In this document: one piece after another, positions 49,437 to 58,236 of the stretch
Position numbering within the stretch: position 1 is the first letter of the stretch
Layout of the letters: every line of letters starts with the position of its first letter
Assembly (NCBI GenBank): GCA_963668355.1
Contig: OY764265.1
Location: 2,464,001-2,528,000, forward strand
DNA length: 64,000 bases
From: Bdellovibrionota bacterium
GTDB lineage: Bacteria > Bdellovibrionota_G > JALEGL01 > DATDPG01
Direction of reading: 5' to 3'
Translations under genes and position numbers: made by a program
Notes under the pieces: generated by a model
The model's input: the letters and a program-made list of their open reading frames with translations, nothing else
The model's database searches: none
Told to the model about the DNA's origin: nothing

Positions 49437-50477
49437 ATGAAAAGGCCAATACCAGTCAAAGCAACCCCTCAACTGAATGCCATTTGGAAAAAGGGACAAG
49501 AGTTTTTAGGCTCAGAACTTCCCATCATGTGCGGAGCGATGACCTGGATCAGCGATCCGGATCTGGTCTCCCTCGTGAGCAATCTTGGGGGGTTTGGGAT
49601 TCTGGCCGGGGGAAATATGCCGCCCGAGCTATTCCATGAATACGTAAAAAAAACCAAGGAACTGACAGATCGTCCGTTTGCGGGAAATGTCATTACGATT
49701 GCCCCGAATTATAAGGCCCATTTGGACACGCTTTGCGAGGAACAAGTCGGGCATGTGGTTTTTGCCGGCTCACTTCCCAGGGCGGCAGATATTCGTAAGG
49801 CCAAAGCCAGCGGGGCCAAGGTGATTTGTTTTGCGTCTACAGCCAGCATGGCCAAGAGGTTGATCGAATGGGGGACGGACGCGCTGATTTTGGAAGGAAG
49901 TGAGGCCGGGGGGCATGTGGGGCATGTATCGACTGTGGTCTTGTTGCAGAACATCTTATTTCATTATTCCGATATTCCCATTTTCGTAGCGGGGGGCGTC
50001 GCAACCGGAAAGATGATTGGACACCTTCTTTTGATGGGCGCCTCGGGGGCCCAGTTGGGGACCAAATTTGTGTTGGCGGAAGAGTGTAATGTTCATCCAA
50101 AATTCAAAGAAGTATTTATCAAAGCCCGTTCGCGCGAGGCAATTTCTACCCCTCAGTACAGTTCAAAGCTTCCCGTCGTGGCTGTGCGCGCTCTAAAGAA
50201 CATAGCCATGGATAAATTTGGAGAACTCCAAATGGAGTTGTTGGAAAAACTCAAAAATGAGGAAATCACGCGTCAGGAAGCCCAGATCAAGGTCGAAGAG
50301 TATTGGGTCGGATCTCTGAGAGATGCGGTTGTGGAGGGAAACGTGGAGAAGGGTTCACTGATGGCCGGACAATGTGTTGGTCTGGTGGACAAGATTCAAC
50401 CAATGCGGGAGATTCTTCAAGAATTGGTCGACGATGCCGACAAAGCCCTCACGGATGTCAAGCATATGCTCAAATGA
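49437..50477 (+). CDS. FabK/nitronate monooxygenase-family flavoprotein
   Basis: CGAMTWISD, EGSEAGGHVG, VAGG, GAQLGT, GSLMAGQ; alternative start at 49419. Confidence 0.85.
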   Translation: MKRPIPVKATPQLNAIWKKGQEFLGSELPIMCGAMTWISDPDLVSLVSNLGGFGILAGGNMPPELFHEYVKKTKELTDRPFAGNVITIAPNYKAHLDTLCEEQVGHVVFAGSLPRAADIRKAKASGAKVICFASTASMAKRLIEWGTDALILEGSEAGGHVGHVSTVVLLQNILFHYSDIPIFVAGGVATGKMIGHLLLMGASGAQLGTKFVLAEECNVHPKFKEVFIKARSREAISTPQYSSKLPVVAVRALKNIAMDKFGELQMELLEKLKNEEITRQEAQIKVEEYWVGSLRDAVVEGNVEKGSLMAGQCVGLVDKIQPMREILQELVDDADKALTDVKHMLK

Positions 50478-50492
50478 GGAATTGTTTCTTTC

Positions 50493-51569
50493 ATGAAAAA
50501 ACGAATCCAGAAGATTACTCCTCGGTTTTTTCGAAAAATTTCACATAAGAAGGGATTGCCTCCGGGAGCTTTGGTTCATGTAGGTGAGGCAAAGGTCGAA
50601 GAGGTCAAACTGTGGTTGATTTCCTTCGATGAGCAGAGCTTTTCTGAAAAAGAAGTCTCTTTTTCCGATTTGTCTGAGGGGAATCAAAACATATCCTGGG
50701 TAAACATAAATGGTTTGCATGACACCTCTGCCATCAAAGAGATTGGAAATGTTTATGATCTTCATCCCTTGGTTTTGGAGGACATTGTCAATACGGCTCA
50801 TCGACCCAAAATCGAATTTTTTGAGAATTATATCTATCTCGTGATCAAGATGCTTTCGTACGAACCCGAAAGAGGCTTGATTTCAGAGCAAGTGAGCTTT
50901 GTCTGTGGCTCGAATTACGTTCTTTCTTTTCAAGAACGTGAAGGAGATGTTTTTGAAGGAATAAGAGAACGTCTTCGGAAGGGCACAACCAAAATCAGAT
51001 CCAAGGGAGCCGATTATCTCTTTTATGCCTTGGTTGATGCGGTGGTGGATCACTACTTTGCGGTTCTCGAAGGACTGGGAGAGCGACTCGAACAATTGGA
51101 AGAGGATGTGGATTTTCGACCGGATGAGAAAGTGGGAAATCTGCTTTACGACCTTCGACGAAATGTACTATTCGTTCGAAAATCCATCTTGCCGGTCAGA
51201 GAATTGCTCGGACATTTGGAACGAGAAGAGTCCAAGCTCGTTTCCGGGGACTTGAAACCCTATTGGCGAGACATTTACGATCACGTCATACAGATCACCG
51301 ATGGTGTGGAAGCCCTTCGAGAGTTGACGTCCAGCATTCGTGAGATGTTGATGACACAATTGAGTAATCGAATGAACAATGTCATGAAGGTCCTCACAAT
51401 CATTGCGACCATATTCATTCCCATTACCTTTTTAGCGGGGGTTTACGGCATGAATTTTAAGCACATGCCCGAATTGGAATGGACATACGGTTACCTTGTT
51501 ATTTGGATCGTTTTTGTGGGAATGACCCTCGGTCTGATCCTCTTTTTTCGAAAAAAGAAGTGGCTCTAA
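50493..51569 (+). CDS. corA: Mg/Co transporter CorA
   Basis: HPLVLEDI, YGMNFKHMPEL. Confidence 0.95.
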   Translation: MKKRIQKITPRFFRKISHKKGLPPGALVHVGEAKVEEVKLWLISFDEQSFSEKEVSFSDLSEGNQNISWVNINGLHDTSAIKEIGNVYDLHPLVLEDIVNTAHRPKIEFFENYIYLVIKMLSYEPERGLISEQVSFVCGSNYVLSFQEREGDVFEGIRERLRKGTTKIRSKGADYLFYALVDAVVDHYFAVLEGLGERLEQLEEDVDFRPDEKVGNLLYDLRRNVLFVRKSILPVRELLGHLEREESKLVSGDLKPYWRDIYDHVIQITDGVEALRELTSSIREMLMTQLSNRMNNVMKVLTIIATIFIPITFLAGVYGMNFKHMPELEWTYGYLVIWIVFVGMTLGLILFFRKKKWL

Positions 51570-51572
51570 ACA

Positions 51573-53699
51573 TCACTTCTGAACTGCATCTGTTGTCGGA
51601 GTTTTGGGGACGGGACGACTGAACGAATCCTCTCTGGGATCACTGCAATTTAAACTGCTCGGAAAGAGGTTTCGGTCCAGACCAACCCACGTGAATTTTT
51701 GTCCGATGTTATCTTGGGAGAACATATCTCCGTGTCGCAATTGAAAGAAGTACATGCCGTCTGCGAGGGGTTCCATGAAAGAATTAAATCCATGATAGCC
51801 CAGCCCCACACTTGGACCCAATAGATCAGGGTCAAGCTGATCGGGATAGGCTGGATATCCAAAATAGGACAGCTCGGATCCTTGAGATCGAGGAACCGGT
51901 CCATGGGAAGCCCAGGAATACAAACGATGGCCCTGAACATCCAAGATGGAAGCCGTCAAATAGGAATATTGCTTGGGAGCCGAGGGGTATCCAATTTTAA
52001 AACCCCGCGCGGTGCAATTGTCTTCCAAGTCATTGGGATTGGGAAACGTACATCCATAACTATTGCAGGCCCCTTCATATCCCGTTGTGATTGCGTTGGC
52101 TTGTCCCACACGTTCGTTTAGGGCGTCGATGAGAACCACAGCGTCATCGATGTAGTTCGGTCCGTCCATATTTGGATGCCATCCGGCAGGAGCCGGCATA
52201 CCGTAGGGAAGTGCCGAGGTACACATTCGGCCATAAAGACCTTCGGCTGCACAACCCTGAATTCCGCCGGTGTCGTTGTCATAGAAGTCAGGAAGTTTTG
52301 CAAACGTATGCCCAAACTCGTGAATCAAGACCTCACCGCTTCTTCGATTCGTATTTTCTCGTTGGAGAAAGACGATGTCTTTGTTGAGCACATTGTCTGC
52401 GTCTCCCATGAGATACGCGAAAATCAAATCTGTTGCTTGCGTAGGTTGTGTTCCCACATGAGAGCGCCAATAATTGTCCGCATCACTGTCGGGTTCTCCT
52501 CCATCCGTAAAGACAACAATGTGGTCCGCGCCATTGGGAAATGCCAATGTTTTTTGACGAATGCTTGGTACATCACATTGAAAGCGGTTTTCGTGTGAAT
52601 TTCGCAGGCGCATGGCGATGTCCGAAGGGGCATGCAGTACGAGAAAGGATGCTAAGGCCGTTATTGGATTGAGAGACGCTAAACCTGCCATAACCGATAT
52701 CACATGCGCGGTGGTCACCGCGGTTGGGTCGGCACCACAAATGGGATCCCAGGCCCCGTTAACCAAACATTTTTCACACGAAAGGCCATCGATCGAACGC
52801 TTGGCATCCAAACGGAACGAGGGGGCATAATTATTTAAAATGGGTTCTTCTTCGAAAAAGTACTGGGTCGTGCGGAATACTTCGTCTCGATAAGTCGCCA
52901 TATTTTCCCATTTGTCCCCAATGTACGCGAGAGAGATGTTGTTCGGATCATCATCCCCCCAAACTCGCATCCAAGAAGTATTTCGGACCAAAAAAGCACT
53001 GGCATTGGAAATTCGAGTGGTTCCGGAATCCAATGAGCGTAAGCCTACTTTATAGGGAGTGGCGGAAGGTTGGGCATCAAGAGGGGAATACCAAACGACG
53101 CGCATTCGAAAGCGTCTTGGGGTTAATTCTTGGGGAGGAGCCGCGAATCGCAAACGATGCGCAGAAGATTCTAGGGGAATATGTCCGTACGCAAACTCAT
53201 CCGCATCGTTATTGGGAGCATCCGGTTGTTCGTGATATTCGGGAATGGTGTCGGCCACAACTTCCTCTCCATTGCGATGGAGAAAGGCCCGCAGTTGAGA
53301 GACATCCACATCATACGAGGCTCGAATATCAAATCTGGCCTCGAACTTTGTGCCGGGTCCGTACATGAGGTGATAACCGGGGGTAACCTTGGGGCTGGGA
53401 AAACTGCAAAGAACCACTCCGGACGAGGGGATGGAGTTGCAGGGATCTGGTGGCGCGGGATCGTGGATTGATCCTCCACCGCCGCCTCCACCACTGCCAC
53501 CTTCTCCGGGGATCATGACTCCCTCAAAGACGATGCCTTCAATGGTTCCCTGCGCTCTTATACCGGATGAAGTGCCTTCATCAACACTCTTGGTTGTGGG
53601 GTCAGAGCCTGTGGCACAGGAGGTCAAAAAAAGGATGGAGAAAAACAAGGCCGGGAATTCTTTGGGAAGGAAGGTTTGAATGGATTGAGAAAAAGTCAT
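51573..53699 (-). CDS. Lipoprotein zinc metallopeptidase, M64-like
   Basis: Lipobox LTSC, poly-Gly linker, IHEFGHTFAKLPDFY. Confidence 0.7.
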   Translation of the reverse strand: MTFSQSIQTFLPKEFPALFFSILFLTSCATGSDPTTKSVDEGTSSGIRAQGTIEGIVFEGVMIPGEGGSGGGGGGGSIHDPAPPDPCNSIPSSGVVLCSFPSPKVTPGYHLMYGPGTKFEARFDIRASYDVDVSQLRAFLHRNGEEVVADTIPEYHEQPDAPNNDADEFAYGHIPLESSAHRLRFAAPPQELTPRRFRMRVVWYSPLDAQPSATPYKVGLRSLDSGTTRISNASAFLVRNTSWMRVWGDDDPNNISLAYIGDKWENMATYRDEVFRTTQYFFEEEPILNNYAPSFRLDAKRSIDGLSCEKCLVNGAWDPICGADPTAVTTAHVISVMAGLASLNPITALASFLVLHAPSDIAMRLRNSHENRFQCDVPSIRQKTLAFPNGADHIVVFTDGGEPDSDADNYWRSHVGTQPTQATDLIFAYLMGDADNVLNKDIVFLQRENTNRRSGEVLIHEFGHTFAKLPDFYDNDTGGIQGCAAEGLYGRMCTSALPYGMPAPAGWHPNMDGPNYIDDAVVLIDALNERVGQANAITTGYEGACNSYGCTFPNPNDLEDNCTARGFKIGYPSAPKQYSYLTASILDVQGHRLYSWASHGPVPRSQGSELSYFGYPAYPDQLDPDLLGPSVGLGYHGFNSFMEPLADGMYFFQLRHGDMFSQDNIGQKFTWVGLDRNLFPSSLNCSDPREDSFSRPVPKTPTTDAVQK

Positions 53700-53726
53700 G
53701 AATGAGTGCCTCCGACCCAACGCGAA

Positions 53727-53743
53727 TGCAATCACCACGCCAG
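53727..53743 (-). promoter_or_regulatory. Sigma54 promoter
   Basis: CTGGCGTGGTGATTGCA on the minus strand. Confidence 0.65.
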
Positions 53744-53847
53744 AAAAAAAAGCTTTGTTTCCAAAGGCTTAGAGGTGGTCGATGGTTGGAGGTAACTATT
53801 ACTTCAATATATCGGAACTTTTTTTCAGCCCTCGTTGGATAAAGGGA

Positions 53848-55173
53848 TTAGTCCTTGGAAGTCATGCATGCCGCAAATTGATCCAGCGCAAAATACGTCG
53901 CCGCTTGATTGATCTTTGTGAAAAAAGGGCTAACCAAGACGTTCATCAAATGGGTGTTGAGTTCTTGAAGGATCGTGTCTTGGGAGGTGCTGCCTAAAAC
54001 TGTGGCCAATTGCATGTCAATGGAGCGACCCCAAAGAACTGGAAAAAATTTTACTGCCAAAGCGAAACCTAAACTGCGTGTCAGGACCAGAGGACCCCAA
54101 GGGAAGTCCTTGTCACCAATGCTTTTTAAGTCAAAATGTTTGTCCCCTACATCTCGAAGAAGAAAGGTTCGAACATTGGAAATTCGTTTCCAATGGATCC
54201 AATTTTTCCAAAACCAGCGACTTTGATTGTAGTGGGAAAACATTCTTTGGCTCATGTCCGCATTCCAATTTAGGGCTTCGGGAATGATCCAGATTTTTTC
54301 GCGAAGGGACGGGTAAGCCCATTCAACACCCATGACGTTCCATTGTCCGATGTCGAGGTACCGCTTCAGAGCGTTTGGGTTAGAGGCGAATAGGATGCCG
54401 TCGTTTTCCGCAAAATGGGAAACCATCTCTGCGGATCCAGGGGCGCAGCTTGAAACGGGTTCCATGAAATCTCGAATGACGTTTTCTGAAGGAATGGGAT
54501 CCAGAAGTTCTTGAACGTTTTCTTCACTGACTGCGATGCTGGAAAGAACCATATTCCGGAAGTCTTGAAAAATGGTTTCAAGGGCTTCCTCGGATAGATA
54601 TCGAAGGTCGTTTTTTTCGAAGCGTTTTAAATCGATTTGCGTCAGAGCAAAGAATCGTGCGGATAGATTTTTTGAACCGAATTTTTCCGTTGCTAAGGCC
54701 TTCCACCAGGTGAGGACAATGGGAGTTTGCAAGAATAGCTTCCAATGTCTTCGACTCTCGGGAAATCCTTTTGGAAGAACTTTTCCTTCTAATCGTTGGG
54801 CAAGGGCTTGAGGGTTAAAAAAGGAGTTCATGGCCTCCCATAAGGAGGGAACGGCTGCCGCTTTTGAAAAGAATTCCCTCAAAACGCCAAAGCAAAAAGT
54901 TTCTTCTTCCTGAGTAAGGGAATCCGAAAAACAGGAAGCAGAGGAAGGAAAAGATAAAGTCTCCTGATTTGGAACTTGTTTGAACCTTGAAAACGTCTTG
55001 CTGGCCAGAGCTCCTTCTTCATAATCATAGTGAATGCGAGTTAAGTTGGGGAAATGTATTTCAGAAACCCTTCCCGAGGGATCTCGGAGAATCTTTAAAG
55101 ATCCGGTGGCGTAAGAAGTAGAAATCCAGGCCGAAATTAAAAAAAAGGCCAAAGGGAGTCGAAAAAACATCAT
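53848..55173 (-). CDS. Hypothetical exported protein
   Basis: 441-aa ORF, signal peptide ending SYA, one YD-repeat-like segment. Confidence 0.6.
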   Translation of the reverse strand: MMFFRLPLAFFLISAWISTSYATGSLKILRDPSGRVSEIHFPNLTRIHYDYEEGALASKTFSRFKQVPNQETLSFPSSASCFSDSLTQEEETFCFGVLREFFSKAAAVPSLWEAMNSFFNPQALAQRLEGKVLPKGFPESRRHWKLFLQTPIVLTWWKALATEKFGSKNLSARFFALTQIDLKRFEKNDLRYLSEEALETIFQDFRNMVLSSIAVSEENVQELLDPIPSENVIRDFMEPVSSCAPGSAEMVSHFAENDGILFASNPNALKRYLDIGQWNVMGVEWAYPSLREKIWIIPEALNWNADMSQRMFSHYNQSRWFWKNWIHWKRISNVRTFLLRDVGDKHFDLKSIGDKDFPWGPLVLTRSLGFALAVKFFPVLWGRSIDMQLATVLGSTSQDTILQELNTHLMNVLVSPFFTKINQAATYFALDQFAACMTSKD

Positions 55174-55319
55174 GGCGGCGGTTTTTAATGCGATGCGTGG
55201 TTTCTGTCAACCACCCCTTGTGTGGGCGAAAAAAAGGATATTGGGGGGTTTCTTTTTACTTCGAAGGATGGTGGGATACGCTTTTTCTCAATTCATATTC
55301 CACGTCGGGAGATCCTTGT

Positions 55320-55784
55320 ATGAAAAAGATTATCAGCATTATTTCAGTCACTTATTTCGTGTTTGCAGCCTCCTTTGCAAGCGCGCATTGTGAAATGCCT
55401 TGTGGAATCTATGGGGATCAAGCTCGAATGGATGCCATGCAGGAAGATGCGGACACCATCGAGAAGGCCATGAAGAAAATTCAAGGACTCTCTCGAGAAA
55501 AGAAGACCAACTTCAATCAATTGGTTCGATGGATTCAAACCAAAGAAGATCATGCCAATAAAATTCAGGAAACCATATCCCAATATTTTCTAACCCAGAG
55601 GATTAAAGAGGGATTTGGAGAGAAAACCTATTCAGAGCTTTTGAAAAAGTCCCATCAGGTCTTAGTTTTGGCGATGAAAACTAAACAAGAAGTGAATCTC
55701 AATCACGTGAAAAATCTTAAGGCGGTCATTCATGACTTTGAACATATGTATGAGAAAGCCGTAGGGCAGAAGGCAAAAAAATGA
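55320..55784 (+). CDS. sodN: Nickel superoxide dismutase with signal peptide
   Basis: ASA followed by Ni-hook HCEMPCGIY; NQLVRWIQTKEDHA. Confidence 0.92.
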   Translation: MKKIISIISVTYFVFAASFASAHCEMPCGIYGDQARMDAMQEDADTIEKAMKKIQGLSREKKTNFNQLVRWIQTKEDHANKIQETISQYFLTQRIKEGFGEKTYSELLKKSHQVLVLAMKTKQEVNLNHVKNLKAVIHDFEHMYEKAVGQKAKK

Positions 55785-56623
55785 ATTCGTTCAAAAAGAA
55801 AGCACCCTTCTTTCTAGGGCTGCTTGCCCTTTCTTTTTTGGCGGTTTCTTTGGCTAAGGGGGAAGAAGCCTCTACGACGCAACAGACTCCCCTTGTTTTT
55901 CAAGAAAACTATGTTTTAAAAAGACCCCAAGAGCCTATTTCCTGGCTAGACGTGGATGTTGGAGTGTATTTCGGTTCAACCGTCGTGCATCGAGGTGCAA
56001 CCCTCTACAAAAAGCCGTTGATTTGGCCTTTTCCGGTTTTGAGGTTCTTGGATGATCGGATTCTTCTATCTTCGGACAAAGTTCTGGCTCAAAGCCGATG
56101 GTGGAAAAGGATGCAGTTTTTTGGGGGTGTTTCTTTATTTGAAGATCACGCCATTTTGCGTTTGTTTGGCGATCAAGAAGTATTTCGCCAATCTCGGAAG
56201 ACCTCTTTCGAGTTTTTTGGCGGGGTGAAATTCCGACACGACCCAGTTCTTTTGGGCGTGAGTTTTTTCCAAGATTTGAATTCTCATAAAGGACAGTTTG
56301 TGAGACTGGACTCCCGCGTGGATCTTTGGAAAGGAAGTTTGAACTCCTCGGTAAGGAGCATTGTTTTTGTGGATGGCGCTGTGGGATTGGGTTCGGAAAA
56401 ACATAATGAATATCTCTATGGCCCGGGCGGGGAAACCGGCCTGGCCTCCTGGCAGGCAGGCCTTGGAATGGAAATCTTTGACGTGTTTCCAAGCACCTAT
56501 GTGTCTCTAACGTTTTTGGGAACAGGGGTCCTTGGCTCGGCTAATCGATCCGGATCTCTGGTGGCGGATCAAAAAGACTCCCTCGTCGGAACCCTAACGT
56601 TCGCTTATCGCTTGCCCATTTGA
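55781..56623 (+). CDS. Outer-membrane beta-barrel protein, MipA/OmpV-like
   Basis: Signal peptide, amphipathic strands, HNEYLYG, C-terminal TFAYRL; ATGA overlap with sodN. Confidence 0.6.
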   Translation: MNSFKKKAPFFLGLLALSFLAVSLAKGEEASTTQQTPLVFQENYVLKRPQEPISWLDVDVGVYFGSTVVHRGATLYKKPLIWPFPVLRFLDDRILLSSDKVLAQSRWWKRMQFFGGVSLFEDHAILRLFGDQEVFRQSRKTSFEFFGGVKFRHDPVLLGVSFFQDLNSHKGQFVRLDSRVDLWKGSLNSSVRSIVFVDGAVGLGSEKHNEYLYGPGGETGLASWQAGLGMEIFDVFPSTYVSLTFLGTGVLGSANRSGSLVADQKDSLVGTLTFAYRLPI

Positions 56624-58101
56624 GCTTCTAACTCGGCTGCATTTTTGCAGATGCCTTCGTTTTGGGTCTCTTCGCATAGCTTTAGCAAAACGTGGTGGGC
56701 CTTGGGTAGATCCTCGTTTTCCAAATGGCGAATGACGAGATTTCGACCGGCCAAAAAGAAATACGGATCCTTTTCGATGGCCTGTTGATAGTGTCGCATT
56801 TCCAGGGTTCGATCTTCCATTCTTCGAAAATGCATGGCCATAAACCAATGGGGAAGGGGAGAAGCCGGTTGCATCTGAATGGCTCTACTCCACAACGTTT
56901 CTTCGTTTTTCCAAGCTCGGTTATGCTCTCGCGTAAGGAAAATCAATCCTCCGATTAAGATGAGGAATAAGGACGCAACGATTTTCTTTTGGTACGGAAT
57001 GGCTCGAAAAAAGCGAGATAGGTGTGGAGCCGTCAATGCCAGAAAAATAATGGCTCCCAAAAAGGGTAGGTAAAAATACCGTTCCCAAACTACGCCGATC
57101 GCATGAAGTCGAAGGCCGATGGGCAGAGCTGTAGCAAGAAAAAAAATGAGAGCGCATAGGTGGGCGACCCACTCCTGGGGTCGCAATCGTCTTCGAATGA
57201 AAAGCATCCACGAACCGAGGCAGCCGCAAATCAAAAAAAACACGAACACATCCCAAAACGTTGGGTTTCGGTAAGGAAAAATGGGGGAGGAGGTTTGCGG
57301 AAGAAAGAGAACTTCCCAGAACCGATTTGAAAACAAGATGAAATTGTTCCCAAAGGTGACCAAGGGGGGGAAGATGGATTGGGAATCCACGATCAGAAAA
57401 CGAATCCCCAAAGAAAGGCCAAGAATCGCAACGGAACCGATGGCCAGATTTCGTCCATTTTTTGAAATGAACCAGACGAACAGGGGGGTCAGAGGCAGTA
57501 GGAAAAAGAACTCCTTCGAAAAACAACCCAGGGGAATGAGAAGGAAGAACAAAAAGTACCAATGTATTCTCGGATGTTTTTTGGAAAAGAGATGAATATA
57601 CACCCAGAAGAAGGCCATTCCCCATAAGCCAATCAGAAGGTCCGCGCGCGATCCAACCCAAGAAACGGATTCCACGACGATGGGATGGATCAAAAATAAA
57701 GTAGATGCTCCTAAAGAAATTCCAACGCTGAGCCAGAAACGTAAGAATAGAAAAAGAAAAAAAGCGGTAAAAAAATGCAGCAAGTTGTTTGAAAGGTGAA
57801 AACCCCAAGGGTGGTCTCCGAATAGGGAGTGATCTAAAGCGTAAGAAACAAACACCAGGGGGCGATAGTAATCGTCAACATTTCCATTTTCAGCCGTACT
57901 TGAAATGACATTGTGGGAGAAGAAGTGAGGAAAGGAATTTAAGGTTCGGATGTAGGGGTTCGTTTCGACTTGATGATGATCGTCCGAAATCCAGTTTCCA
58001 TTCAAATTATTGGAAAAACCCAATCCCCAAATCACGAACAGGAAAACCAACGAAAATGGAAGAGAATGTTTCCTGATGAACGCTGTCGGAACTTTAAACA
58101 T
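56605..58101 (-). CDS. TMTC-like GT-C membrane glycosyltransferase with C-terminal TPR
   Basis: WISDD, YYRPL, HPIVVESVSW, SKE, ERYFYLP, WKNEETLW. Confidence 0.82.
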   Translation of the reverse strand: MFKVPTAFIRKHSLPFSLVFLFVIWGLGFSNNLNGNWISDDHHQVETNPYIRTLNSFPHFFSHNVISSTAENGNVDDYYRPLVFVSYALDHSLFGDHPWGFHLSNNLLHFFTAFFLFLFLRFWLSVGISLGASTLFLIHPIVVESVSWVGSRADLLIGLWGMAFFWVYIHLFSKKHPRIHWYFLFFLLIPLGCFSKEFFFLLPLTPLFVWFISKNGRNLAIGSVAILGLSLGIRFLIVDSQSIFPPLVTFGNNFILFSNRFWEVLFLPQTSSPIFPYRNPTFWDVFVFFLICGCLGSWMLFIRRRLRPQEWVAHLCALIFFLATALPIGLRLHAIGVVWERYFYLPFLGAIIFLALTAPHLSRFFRAIPYQKKIVASLFLILIGGLIFLTREHNRAWKNEETLWSRAIQMQPASPLPHWFMAMHFRRMEDRTLEMRHYQQAIEKDPYFFLAGRNLVIRHLENEDLPKAHHVLLKLCEETQNEGICKNAAELEAQMGKR

Positions 58102-58132
58102 GGATGTTTTCTACTCTAAACGATGTTGCGAA
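58003..58132. repeat. 130-bp direct repeat, copy 1
   Basis: 129/130 identical to 63286-63415. Confidence 0.95.
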
Positions 58133-58236
58133 CGTTTCCTAAAAAGGAGTCGCCTCTTTTTAGGAAGCTCTTCCGAAACAACCGGAAGAAGGGATTTAGA
58201 AGTCTGAATATGGTATGAGACACACAGAGTGTGTGT

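Noticed and set aside
56921..57808. 295-aa alternative-frame ORF and other long shadow ORFs (e.g. 4959-5729, 28181-28819)
   Set aside because: Fully nested in or antisense to well-supported genes, with no recognisable motifs
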